From: Lingula anatina
Taxonomy: Eukaryota > Animalia > Brachiopoda
Direction of reading: 5' to 3'
Assembly: GCA_051362555.1 (NCBI GenBank)
Contig: CM120640.1
Coordinates: 1,860,001-1,924,000 of the forward strand
Length of the DNA: 64,000 nt
This document shows, piece after piece, positions 38,101 to 52,353 of the stretch. Every line of letters begins with the position of its first letter. Position 1 is the stretch's first letter. The notes beneath the pieces are model-generated. The model was not told the DNA's origin and made no database searches. It worked only from the letters and a program-made list of their open reading frames with translations. The translations under genes and the position numbers were made by a program.

Positions 38101-41100
38101 TCTGATGTCAACTCCAGGTATTCTATAATGTTAAATAATTCATTTATTTCAATATAATTATATATGAGCCAGTCTTTCCTAATACAGATGGTGTTAGCCA
38201 GGTGCTCTGATGTCAACTCCAGGTATTCAATTACGTCAAATAACTCACTTATTTCAATACAGCTCGGTCATTTCTCAGTCAGAAATTAAATTTCAAAATA
38301 ACATATAAATGTGTATTTTGTTAATTTTGTGCACTTTCACTGTTAAATGTTTGTTAAATTGTTGTTCATCATTTTTAGGTGATTTTGATGTTACTGCTTC
38401 TATCGGTTATATCAGTGTGTCTGTCCATCAATGTGTTTGTCCATTTGACAGCTTTGCTGCCTTATATTTTAAATACGATATAAATGTATATTGTATTTCC
38501 TGTACTTAGTGTGCGTTCCCGTGCCATAGCAGGGTTTTCCCAGTGTGTGGCATCTAAAGACTCGGCCATAGGTCTAACCATTAAGGAGATGTTTACCCCT
38601 AGGAATGGTCCCCTGGGGAGAGTACCAATATCAAGAGTGGTGCCAACCCCCGAGACACAGCGGACAGCACCGGCCTCAGGTTTGGACACGTTTCTTTTTT
38701 TATGTGCGAGTACATACACACGCATGCACACACACAGACTTTATCATAACTTTTATAAAACCACCCATTGCTGTTGTGGTATTTGAAGTCAGAGATAGCA
38801 TTAGTTAGAGATTGTCTTTTTTCGGAATAGTTGATGGATGGTGATATGAATTTCATCATTGTTTTTCAACATTTCTCAATGTTCAACAGTTTTCTTTTTC
38901 TCTTTAATCTTAATGGACATGATTTCCTGTCTCAGACCAACCCAGGTCCTGAGCTACCAAATCTTGAAATCTTGCAAAAATTTTAGCCAATTGAAAGTCT
39001 GGCAGTTGTTTGTATTTATTCAGAGGGTCAAGGCTCTGAAGGCCACACCCCTCAAGAAACAGAAACCAGTTCAGATAAAACTATTGACGAGACGTCAGAC
39101 AAGACAGTTGCTACAGAAGGACAAGCTTTGGAAGGCCCCCCTGCTGCTGCTACTGTGGACCCCAAGGAGAGTACTCCCCTGCCTGTGGCAGCACTGGCTG
39201 TACAGCTCACACCAGGAGCAGAGTTCTGTAAGTTAACGCCATGTTTTTACCTGAAGTACAACCAAGTACGTCCATACATGTATATTATATGTTTAATCTC
39301 CTACTTCTTCTGACTTTTTTTTTGCAAATGAGCAATTTCACTGCAAGACCTATAAGATCTGTATTTTATGCTAGTTTTGTTTCAAAATGTGCAGGTTATA
39401 GTGAAATATGCCCAAATTTTGAATGATTACTTTCTCTATAGAAGTTTTTTTTCCTAGTCATCATGTGAATATTTTTTAAGTAAGTCTATGCTAAAACTTG
39501 GAGCAATTTTAAATAATCAGTTTGCCATGAAAAAAAATTATTTCAAAGTAAGACAAGTGACACTGAAGGTTATTTTTCCCTACCAGCGCTGGCTGATGGT
39601 AAAGGTGTAGTTTCCATGCTGCGAAGGCGCGCCTGTGACGAGAAGGTCAACGTGAGGAAAGCTGCTCTCCAGGCACTGGAGAATGTCGTCAGGATGGAGG
39701 GAGCTTCCTTTAACAAACAGGTGAGGAGCTCAGTGGTATGTCAGGAAGCACCTGCATATCAAACAGCCTTAAGAAACAAGAATTAAACTTGACAATGTGC
39801 TTCTATATAATACACCAATGGTAGTTAATCGTACAAGTGTTGGTCCTTTGAAATCGGTGAAAGAATGAAAACAGGAGAAATATTATTTCATTTTATTATA
39901 GTCTAAATACTATTTCACGTCTTGATTTACAGTGGATATGTTTATCTCTAAGCTTCTTAAACTGTTCTTGTATCATACTAATTCTCACAGGACCTGGACA
40001 TTCTAAATGAGAGATGCCAGGACCCGGCGCTGTCAGTGAGGAAGCAGGCCATGATGTCACTGACACAACTTCTCATGGAGATGCCAGATAACAGGACGGT
40101 ACAGAGGTAAGTGACAGACAGTTTTCTTTCTGTTGGAAATAATATGGATGCATGAAATGTTTGGATGGATGTTTCAAAAGATTAAATCATAACTGATATG
40201 TGTACTTTAGTTTCCACTGATTTGATTGAAAAATAACTGTAGCTTCTCTGTGTGATGAAATATGTTATAAATTTAAACCTTAATATAAAAGGAGTCACAT
40301 AATGCTCAATATTTCCTAACTAATGCAATGCTCACTTCCCATCGTAGTGGACATGATAACTGTTAAAGAATACTATTAATACTGAGACAGTCAGTAATGT
40401 TGTATTGTCAAAATGTTTACCTCTTCAGCTTATGGCTGGACGGCGTCCTCCCTATGGTGATGGACAGAGAGACTGGAGCCCAGGAGAAGTGTATGGAGAT
40501 AGTGCAGGACATTCTGCTGAACAACATTGTGCCTTATCACAGGTAAAGGACATATGGTTTGTTGGGGGTAACCTTGTGGAAGATATAAGCAGATTTTCAA
40601 TTCTGGACTTACAATATCTGTCAGTGTTGCTGTTTGCTAACAAGAACTTCAGTTGGTACAGATGTTTGGAAAAGTTTTCCTGAGATGTGGCATTGAATTG
40701 TGTGAAATATTATACATCCATATTTCATTTAGATCCGAAGAATGAAATGTATTGTTTGAGCAGTATGTACTTTGTCTTCTCTGGTGGATTGTTGAGAAAG
40801 TTGATTTTAAGAACGCTGAGTAGTCAGTCTAAGCAATGGTTATTATTTATAAAGGCAATAGTATTACCTTTCAACATCCAATACTCATTACTGGTCTCAC
40901 ACAGAACTGTCACTGTTATTGATAAAGAAAAGCTGACATCGTGCCATGCATTTTCAGGTCCACAGAGCCCGAGCACAAGATGGCGTGGAGCATTCTGGGT
41001 ATCATGGCTGGAAATGAAGGTGTGGACCTGAGGTAAGATATGTTTTTTTTAGTCTTATGGCCAGTATCTATGACTCAGTTTGCAAGTATTAATTCCAAGT

Positions 41101-43765
41101 GTTTGTTAGGTGTTTAGGCAGTAACATTTGCCAAACTGTCTAAATCAAAACTTCATACAGTAGGGTGTATAAGTGTAATATTTCTTCCCAGACGATTCCT
41201 GCAGAGGGCTTGTCAACACCTGTCTCGCCAGGGTCAGTTGAAGGCCAGTGTGGTCAGTGTACTGCAGACACATATAGGGACAGAAAACAATGCTGTAAGT
41301 TTCTTCACAATACTGTTAATAGTCGTAGTGTTTGTTTATTGTTTGTATACTTATTCCGAATACTTGGAAGTTGGTTTAGAATGAACGATTTAAATGTAAA
41401 AGCAATATATTCCATTAATTTAACTTAGAAATATCTTTAAACATTTTGTCTTGTTGTAAGCAGCTATTTTGAATGATAAATGCCATCTATCACTAGTGAA
41501 TACTGAATGACACTTAGATTCCACGTTTCACTTCTCTTCATCACAAATGTCGTCTGACGTCTGCTGTTTCATTCCCAGGGGGTGTGGATGCTGTTGGCTG
41601 AGATGGCGCCTCATCTTGGCAAGTTTAACTCAAGCTTTGTTCTGGACTACTGGGATACCAACATGTCGTCTGCCACAGGTGATCAATTTTGTTACTGCAA
41701 CAGAAGGAAGCATGCAAACTTGAATTTTGACAGTATTCCAGTTTAGTAAGAAGTCCCCTGTGTGCCATAGAAAGGGCATCTGTTGTTTCCCTATTTATGA
41801 AATGATAAACGTTGATGGTGTAGCTATCACAGCGCAAAATTACAGCTTCCCAGAGAACATTTGAAATTTTTGGCCAAATTCAACATTTTGTAACCACTAG
41901 CAAAGAATGACAGATATATATTTGTATGAGACATTATCCCCTTACAAAGTACAGTGGTTTGCATGCAATGTATTCTTATAAAAATGAATACTATGCATAT
42001 CGGATTACTTTTGCAACACAATTGATGTGATTAATGGATTCCTTTTGTTTTCAGAGGTAGACTTCAGCACTATGGGTAGAGTTCTCACTGTTTTAGGATG
42101 CCTTGCTAAACATCTCCCCTCGGACGTCAGACTGAAAGTGGCAGGTGAGTGTAGTGTACATGAATAGATCAAAAGATGGCAGAATGTGATGTCTTGTATT
42201 TCTGTATAATTTCAATCTGAGTTTCATATTTTATAACATTTGCTGTGTCTTGGGTGATGCTCTGTGAAATGTTTGTATTTTAATGAAACAATGTAGCTGA
42301 CTCCATAGATTGTGGTATGGAAAACGGTTGCTGTAACCAGCTGTTACTGAAAAGCTCAAATACCTCTGAAATTCAACATCCAGTTATACAGTGAAAATTT
42401 CATGTAGACAAAAATCTATGATATTTTAGTGTTGCGTGAATGTTTGGATTTTGGGAAAATTCAGTCTCAGCTGAAGACGATATGTGTTAGCTGTGAAACT
42501 CAGTATTACATAATACACAGAATTTTGAGATTCTAAGATTCCTTCATCTCTCCCATGTATGATCCAACAATTATAAATGATGTTTTAAATAGAAGTTTTG
42601 TTAGACAAGGGTTTTTCATTTCCATTAAAGCACACTGGACATTTTCCATAAGTGGTTAATTAATTTCAAGCAGGAAACTTCTCTCTTTTAAGTCAAGTTA
42701 ACTCCCATGAGTATATTTCAGTTTTTCCAAGTCTTGTCTGAAGGGAAGTGTTTGGGTTGAACTGACAATTAATCACACTAGCTGTTTGGGAAGAGATGGT
42801 TCTCTCAATCTTTTGAGATCCACTATTAGAAAAAAAAACAGTTTCAAGCACTCTCAATTCTGGACAGATAATTGGAGTTGGGCTTTAGGCGCTAAGAGAT
42901 TGGATGTTTAAGTAGAAAACACTTCAGAAAAAATCAATGCTGTGATGAATGTGCTCCTTGTTAGGCCAATTTGTTTCCATACTTCATCTTCCCAGTGTGC
43001 GGCACTCCTGGGTGAGAGGCCAACCTCTGATTGTTAACCTGCCTGCCTGGTTCTTTAATATTCCTCCACTAACTGAACACTAAAAGAATGTTCTATTACA
43101 TTATTTAGAGTACTATCATTAGTTGGATAGAAGTACTGTTATTGCTCACCAACCCTTCAACTACTGATGCAGAGTCATAACTTGGGCCCTGTGGTATTAG
43201 AATTGAAATAAGATTTAACTTATTTGATCACTGTACATAATGTAAAAATTGCTGTTAATTTAATTAATCTGTTGTTCTTTTGTGTGTGTTTTATCATATA
43301 AACAAGTTTTATAATCACTATGGTACGGTCTCCAAGAGAGTTTTCTAACATAAATGGATTATGGGAGCAAGATAGAAGTGCTGTTTTTCTATTAAGGTAA
43401 CCATCTATTGGATTTGTAATGTCAAATATGGCAGAATTTATATACTGTGATTATTTTCTATTTTTGTTTTAGGAGAAAGTATTGTGAGATATTCTCTATT
43501 TTCTTCTTTTTGCATGTAGAACATATTCCTAGACCAAAGTTTTCTTAGAAAAACAATTGACATTTAGAGCATGCAAGAATTGATGAAACTTTTCTTTTTA
43601 TCAGTTTTTCTTTGCATGAAATGTTGTTTTCGTAAAAAAAATTTGATAAGAAGCATTTTTTAAAAGAATCCGTTTCATAAATGACTAAATGCCCAGGTGC
43701 ATTAGCAGTTTCTTTCATGTAAGCTACTAGATTACCTGGACCATGCTGAGCAGACAATATCAGGG

Positions 43766-43803
<38 letters not shown>

Positions 43804-46800
43804 ACACATTGGAAAAAAAGTCCAGAGGAAAAACATTTCATTTTATTATGTACAAAATAAAATTTGCTATAAATTTGGTTTAATGTACAATAATATACAT
43901 CCACACCTGTCTAAACACCCTTCGTAAAACAAAGAAAGTGTGATTGTTAGTTATCATTTCACTCTTGCCAATTCATCAGAAGATAGATTTTGACAGCTCT
44001 TCAGTTTGTGAGGTCTTAACATTGATTACTGTCAGCAGATTTCTCAGCTTCAGGATCTGTAGTTTGCCACAGCTGTCAATTTCTAAATTCTCCATTGTCA
44101 AATTTAGGCCTCACTATGATATGTGTAACCTTTCAACAAATAACTGTCATTTTACATTTTGGGCCTGAATGCAGTTTTATTTCTCATTATATTTCCTTCC
44201 ATTTGATCTTCATAAGAATTCTGTGAAGTGGTTTTATTCTCCATTAGACTGTTACAAATGTGAAGAAGCCTATTTGCACATTGCTGTCCTCTAAAAAAAT
44301 CTTTCTCTGAATGAAACCTTTCATTCTGTTTAGATCGTAACATCAGATAAACACTGGAATATATCCCTGTCGCTTGAAGAAGATAATGGTGCCGAGTGAC
44401 ATTGATGTCTTTATCTCAGACCATAAAATGTCATTTAGAAAATCCATTATTAGGATGAAATCTCTGTGAACTTTATCCAATTTGTACCACCTTAGTCTTG
44501 ATGTAAATTCTCTCTGACTAACATTCAGTTTTTAGCATGTTCTCGGTTGTATTTTTGGAGTCTATAGCTAGGAGAGGTCATTTATCATGAGTGATAAACA
44601 CTAAGATGTTCACAGTCTTATATAATGATAACTGTCAGGCAGTGTCTATCTGTGTTATGAGATATATCTTGTTTGCTGTGGTGCCAGTGACGGGCTTGCA
44701 CAAACATCTGAATCCGTCCTGATATCCTTGTCAGAGATTCCCTAATTAATGAAATATCAGCAAAATTACTTGTCATGTTGTAACCCTGCTTGTTTGATCT
44801 AGGTTCCAAAAGTAATTAACGGTAATTATTTAATACTGCTATGTCAGCAAATGGTCATATTGTATTTGTCATTTTCCCATAGAATTCTTTCCTTTGCTTA
44901 GATACATAATGAACAGGCGTTCTTCCATGCTATTGCATTTGTCACAGTGGAACCCTGACTGTCCTCGAAATATCACCTGCGCCAAGAATTATAAAAAATC
45001 TGTGTTTATGATGTTGTTCACAGACAAAACTTTAGGCTGTTATGTCAGCATAGATGTTCATCAAAGTGTATTCCTTACTGTCCTACGAAATACCTTGTAT
45101 GCTAGAATCACGACGATGACGATTGCTGTCACCACGGAGAGTGTGACCACAGTGTGCCATATGTGCTGCTGTGAGTGCAGGTCCGACACAGTGGCGTTCA
45201 GGGGGGTACCATCATTCACTGGTGTTGGCTGTGTACTCATGGACATAGTGTGTCCATTAGTTTCTAAGGTGGCGACCTTTACTCTCCTCCAAGGTGTTAT
45301 TAAGTATCACTGGTTTGTAGCTTGAAGTTCTTTGTATCATTGTATGATGAATTGTCCTCAGTATCTCAGCAATTGGCTCTTCTCTTTATGTTTTTTATTT
45401 GTCCTTTCTTATCTTCTGATTGAGTTGGCTTGTTTTTGTGACAATTTCCCCTCAGCTGGTGTCTGAAAATATAAATGTTATTTTCAGTTTGATAATGAAA
45501 AATATATACAAGTTTTTTTCTGTCCTTTGTGTTTACAATTTTGTATCCTGCGTCAAGTGAAGCGCTGGAAAGAATGGAAGAGTAATAATAGAAATAATGA
45601 CTTAATGTTTCTGCCAGATGTTGAAGATGAGCTTGAATGATAAAAAAACATGTTAACCCCTCTACGTCAAAGGACTTTAGCAGGCGTACATTGTCTAGTC
45701 AGATGTCACATTTTTTGTTTAAGATAATTTGATCCATTGTGGTATAACCTTTTCCTATGGCTTGTCTTATTTAGCAGACTAAGTCAGCTTTCTGAGAAAG
45801 CTAGCCCCATCTTCAATAAAAACCGCAATAAAAACCCCAATAAAAACTTCAAAATCTACACAATTCTCCAACTTAGTAAAAATGCCAAAGAATAATTAAA
45901 CCATAATAATAATAAACTCAATAGTTCATTTTTCTGCCAATGTGAAGTTTACAAAGACCTCACTGCTTTCTATTAACAATGTGCAGTACTTCACACCTCA
46001 TCTCAGGCGGCTCTACCTGGTACCAGTCGTCCAGTTCACGTCCAGTTCACGTGACAGTGAAGTGAATTATCTGAACCAGATCATCCTGATACCTCAGCTA
46101 GACCCTGTGATGTCTGCACAGTCCAGATATTCCCAGTGAACTGGTCAGAAATCACCCTGAACTGGACAATATCAGTCTTAGTAACTCAACTTTGACCTCT
46201 CTGCTGGCTGGACCCTCCAGATATGGCAGGAGAAGTGGTCATTGACCCGTACTACGGCTTGTTGCCATAGAGACCAGACCAGGCATGAATAAGATTTTTT
46301 TTTTTACAAAGATGGGATAAAAGCAATAAAAGCACCTGCCAATAGAATACAAAATAGCTTGTCATCTATGATTCATTGGTGACAGATGATATCCTTTGCT
46401 AGCACTGATGAAGAAAAACAATTTATTATCCATTATTATGTTCTGTTGTATGAAATGCAACACCATGTCTTTGAGAGGGCTCTTTTGGGATAAATAGGAA
46501 ACATGAAAGAAACTATATACAAAATGAAATGATAATTTCTATCTTGAAAAAAAAAAACTGTAGAAATAGCAAACTGTTTAATGGTGCCTAAATGAGGAGA
46601 CTGAGGCTTTTTTTCTTTCTTTTCTTTCTTTCGTAAATTAAAAAATAAAACAGAAAATTTGTATTAATTTTATCTGTTCACAGTTGAAAATAGAAATTGT
46701 AAAGTGTTCAATGCTGTACTGCAGAAACCCTGCAGGTTTCCTGAATAGAACTGAAACTCCCTCTGTATAAGGAAATCATTCTGCCTACAGATCACTGTGC

Positions 46801-49800
46801 AATGTGCCTTGGTGCATGAATGATGATTATAGCTGAAAGTTCTGCTCCATAAGTTTATCATTACTGAAGTAAAAAATTAGAGCAGAAACTCGAAATGTCC
46901 AAAGCCTTTTTACAAAGAAGATGTTAAACAGAATATAATATCATTTTATTCTTACTTTTAATTTTAAGTTTAACAAATGCAAAATTATAATAAACAAATT
47001 GCTAAGGTTAATGATAATGTATCATAAAGTGTCAAGCCAGAATATGTTCTATAACTGGAAATCACCTGTAAAGTATCCCTTTTCATCATTTTCAATAAAG
47101 AACCCAATTCGCCCCTGACTGTGATACATTTCCTTAGGTCAAAATTGTGATGAATCATTCTCCTGAACTTCTGAACTACTGACTTCACAATATCCATAGC
47201 AGGCCTGAAGCCAACAATTTAAGAATGGGGAGGGGGGGGGGGGTAAACTTGAATGTCTGACTGTCTTCCAGAGGATGGCCTTAATCCGCCCCTGTTTTAT
47301 CTAACCCTCTACTAACTAGCCTGATGTAGATAGAAGTGACCTAAGGGGTGACAATCACCTCGGCTTACCTTGAAACTCTTCCTGGACTAAATAGCCTTTT
47401 TACGATGTGAAACCTGACAGCTTTTATGTCATTTTGATTCTCCTTCCTCTTAAACATAAGCCTTAATCATGAAATACTCCATCAAACCACGCAGTTTCTG
47501 CTTTTATCTAGATTGTGTTTTGTCTGGTCTCTGGTACAAGATTACATACGTGTGTGGGTGCATTATTCTCTGCTTGATTACATAGCTTGGAAATATAACG
47601 TGTTAGTGGAGTTTAGCTACAAGAGGAGTAATTTTTTTTGTTGTTGAATGCCCATGTTAGGGGATGAAAACGAGCATGTGTTCTCATTTTTAGATTTTCA
47701 AAAACATGTCTGAGGAGAGATGGAGATAGGGAGTAAAGATTGGTGAGAGAGAGAGAGAGAGGAGTAAAGAAGAGTACATGATAATTTACTGCTTAATGTT
47801 TTTGGTATTTGTTGAACTGAGAAATATTTGTTGAACTGAGAATGGCAGCTTAATACACATTCACATTAAAAATTGCGCAGATGCATGATATTTTGTGACC
47901 AGTTGTATTTTGCTGTGCAAAGTATTTCTAAATGGGACTTATTTAAACCAGGCATTTTTTTCTGTACAGAAATTATCTGTAAAACTCATGTTGAAATCTT
48001 TGTCTATGAAGCTTGCAAACTAGGAAATGTTAGCAGTCGAGGCTTATCCGCTGTTGATAGGAGGGAATTACCAGGTACATGGAACAAATGACGCAGGAGA
48101 TTGGAAATCCAATGTCTGTAGCATAAATTGCAGCCAGCATCTTGCTGATATAATTGATACTTGTGTGTCCTTGTAGAGAGATAAGCATAAGCAAGCTCTC
48201 AATCTGGTGAAAAACATGCTTTTCATCTTACATCATTCTCCCGCCTACTCTTTTTATTTTTTCGTTTCTTTTTCTCTCCTTCCTTTCTTTTTTCATTCAT
48301 TTATCCACTCATTTATTGAACCATTCATTCATTCCATTCATTCATTATTAGTAATTCATTCATTCCATCTTTTCTTTCTTATATGCTTATTAAGCGTTGT
48401 TTTAGGTATTGAGTAACCGTCATATTTGTAATAAATGATGCCATTTTCAAGGCGATAAATTGTGCTCAGGGAACCAAAAACTGATAATTGCACTCTAGGT
48501 GGGATCATAATACATCTTAAATGACCGTATGATAGGTCAACGGGAGAATAAAAAACTAACAGCTGCCATTTCTGTGCTGATAACAGAGTCCTACGCTGGA
48601 AAAGTCCATGTGCAACCATAGTTTTTAAAAGCACTCTTTATGACCATTCATTTGATGGTGTCCTAGTATATTAAATTAATACCTGCAATGAATTATGAAT
48701 GAGGCATCAAATAGAAAATTCTATTTAATCAAATAGATAAGGCTGATTGGACCATTTCATGGTACTGGATTGATGAAATGAAAAATGAGACGAAAAAACA
48801 ACTTTTTTATGAAGTACTGCTATAAAGCTCTGCACAAAAAAAAAAAAAGGACGGAAAAGAAAAAAATCACTACAAGCCCCCCTTACAAACAAAGCATGAA
48901 AAATCAATTGAGTCTTCTGCCTACGTTACATTTATGATGTTGTATAACTATGTTGTGTCTTATACAAAAGCAAGTAAACAGAAAGAAACTTACATGGCAG
49001 AATTAGGCAGCTTGTAGGTAAATCTTGTCTGCAGTCATCAAACCAGAGCATAAATATGCCATAAACTTGTAAGGTCAGTGAACATACAAAGATTAAGGGG
49101 CTGCTCTACAGAAAGGAAATATTTTATGTTCTTACCGGTGATGTCTGGTTATCCTCCTTGTTAATACTTGAGTGTTTTCCTTGCAGCAAATTGGGGTCTA
49201 AGGTGGGGAATTTGATAGCGAGAAATCAAGGGAAAAGTGAGTTTTGATATTACTATATGCTGATTCAGAGTCTTCAATATAAGGGGTTCAGTCTACAGTG
49301 ATAAGTTATATAAGTTTTCCATTTCTCCAGCATCTAATTGCTGTAAGAACTGACATGTGGTACACTATTAGATATAGCAGTCTATATTTAATGTGACCTT
49401 GCTTAAATCACTTTTTTGTTAATGTGAAAAGCAGATTAAAAAACTAGAGGGTCATTCAACCTGAAGACAAACAGTTGATCCTTTTCATTCCAAATTGTTG
49501 GCATTAAGTCTTGTGCAGTACCTTGTATTTTGTCCTCCAGGTCAGATTCATTGCCTCAGTAAGTGTGCTGAAATATAAATGTTAAGTTTGTTATTTTGCT
49601 TGATAAAAACAACTGTCTATCTTTCAGAGGCATGTATGTTTGTGAGACTTCAAAACTTCAGTAAAGGCAACGATGAGCAAAATTACTTTAGCATACTGAC
49701 TCTTTAGATAACCCAAGCTCCAGATTGATCAAACATTTAGACTTTGATAGAAAATAGCAGTTTTGCCCTCTGGTACTGTTATCATATTTATTTCAGTTTA

Positions 49801-52308
49801 TACTCCAGAATGGTTAAAATCAAACTTCCTCTATATAAAAGAAATATAAAATAAACTACATTCAGCAGTAATGGCTGATACCAGGGTCATTATTAGAGGT
49901 GTCAGCTAATCAGAAATGGTTAGTGATCCCAGACTGAGCATGATAAGAAAATTGCTACACTGAGGGTTTGTGTAATTGAAGTGATTAGGTGAAAACTGGG
50001 GAAGATTCAGTTACCACCTTCGGTGTCAAAGATTACTGGAAAACTCACCTGTATTGTCAATGACTGACTCCGCCTCTGAAAAACGACAGGTTTCCAGCAG
50101 TCAGTAAAACTGAGGGAGTCAGTTAATGAAAAGTGCGATACCATGCTGGTTAGGGTAGAATTGCCTTTAACACCTCAAAAAACTGGCTGAGTGAAATACT
50201 TAGAATTTCTTGATATTATCCAAGTTTGAACTATGATTTATAGTGAAAATGTGCGACACATTCCATACTTTTAGAATAAATAACCTCTGGCTTCTTCAGC
50301 TAGTCTTGCTGTTTTTAATGCCCTAAATCCATAGTGATCCGTGGTGCTTGGTACCTACCGCAGGAAGCTAAACACTATTACAGTATATTAACTATTAGCT
50401 AATATCCTAGCTAATCAGAACTGATGTAGAAGGCTGCCTATGGCATAGCTTACTAGTCACAACACGATAGACCACTAAGGTTGTAAATTATACACAGAGG
50501 TGCTATTTTTGGCCATCAAAACACCTGCGTTACCTACCTGTACCTGAGCTGTATTCTGAGACCCCCCATGCGTCAGGTACTCATAACATCTATTGTGTTC
50601 ATCTCTCCCGTCTGACCTTAACTGTTAGGACACACACACCGTTAACTACGCTCTACATCACTGTGCGGACAAACTAGGATTTATTTGACAACAGATTGTG
50701 GGAAAGAAACATGGAATAGTTAATTGATTCAATCACCTCTGTAAACTTTTATTTTTGATTTTATATATAGTAACGTGTCATATCTTCTGTTTTGTGGCTG
50801 GTAAGCATTTCTCTAGACTACAAGCTTCTTTTTAGTAATCAAACACTTCTTTTGCCGGTGCTTATGAGACAAGTAAACATGATAAGAGGGACAAAAACAA
50901 TTTGGTTCTCTCGGTCAATGTGATAAGATTGTTTTGTTTGTCACTAAGCTTTTGATAACTTAATTTGCTCTAATTCAATGAAGTAGGTCACGTTACAAAA
51001 TTACTGCAGGTTTCTCAACACGTTTTTATACTACAGTATTTTATTCAGAGGAATGGCATTCAATTCATGGCATACAAAAGTTATATGATATATTTACCAG
51101 TTAGAAGCAGTACAATACTTAATAGGTATTCCACTATCCAACAACTGCTGGAGACTGATAAGAATGTTGAGGAATTATTCATGGTGTTATATAACATGTG
51201 GAAAAGTACTTCAAATGCAGTATCGGCCAATCCTAGTACTCACAAATGATACCTCCTGCAATTTATATAACCATTAAATGACCAGGAAATATTTATACAT
51301 TTTTTGTTTAGATGTAAGCTTTCCAGTGAAATATCTAATATTAGATTCCCACATTTTGTATCAACAAAGTGGTAATAATTTCATTCATAGCATGCCCTGT
51401 ATGTAATTTTGTGTGGTAGATGTGATACAGGGATGTGCTCAGATCACATTGCTACAGTTGTACTGAGTGGCTCACCTAACACATTCCTGTTCTTATGTAG
51501 AAACAGTTCACCAATAGCACTCCTCTCACAAACTTTAGTAATATCAAGATGACATCTAGATAAAAAAAAATATCAGTGTCTGAGGGACCAAAGTATTGAA
51601 AAAATTGTAATTAATATATTTTTAATATTGTGGTCCCTTCATATACTACAGTAATGCTGATTTTCAAATATAACAAAACATTAATTATTGATAATATATT
51701 TCGACAAATAGTCAACTCAAATTGATATTATTATGGTATTAGCATTTTTAGCAATTTTATTATTGCGCTTTTTAATTACATTTTTGCCTCTTTTTGACCA
51801 AAGAGCTTTTATTTGAATCAGTAATTAGTTTGGTCAGTCTGTCTTTGCATTGATGAAGTTAATCTCTGATAGACGTACATTCATTATAAAAATGATCCCA
51901 ATTAAATCTCTGATAGATGTACATTCATTATAAAAATGATCCCAATTAAATCTCTGATAGACGTACATTCATTATAAAAATGATTCCAATTAAATCTCTG
52001 ATAGATGTACATTCATTATAAAAATGGTCCCAATTAAGCAAATAATAAAGATATTTGTCTAATTTGTGTATTGATCACTGAAGGTTTTCCTATATAATAG
52101 TCTGGTTTGGCCTTTAATTGAAATTCTCATCACATTCTGTGCACTGATATTCTTCAAATGTAAATCTCATAATCTGTGCAGGAGAAACAGCTGGTTTCCT
52201 CCATTTTCTATTAATACTTATAAACTGATGTTCTTTTCAGTCCTTTAAATTTGAAATTTTTTTTATAAAGTTTTTATAAAGCTGTGAAAGAATTTACAAC
52301 ATTTTATA

Positions 52309-52353
<45 letters not shown>

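Noticed and set aside
37845-38216. 123-aa repetitive minus-strand ORF
   Set aside because: By-product of the 105-bp (35-codon) tandem repeat, antisense to an NCAPD3 exon.
44894-45325. 143-aa plus-strand ORF
   Set aside because: Antisense shadow of the minus-strand TM gene. It does not fit NCAPD3 splicing, since 42144 joins 55861 in frame.
52310-52352. Poly-A run as a retrogene tail for the 52526-53212 gene
   Set aside because: Wrong strand (a minus-strand gene needs poly-T on +), and the gene appears to have a 5' UTR intron.
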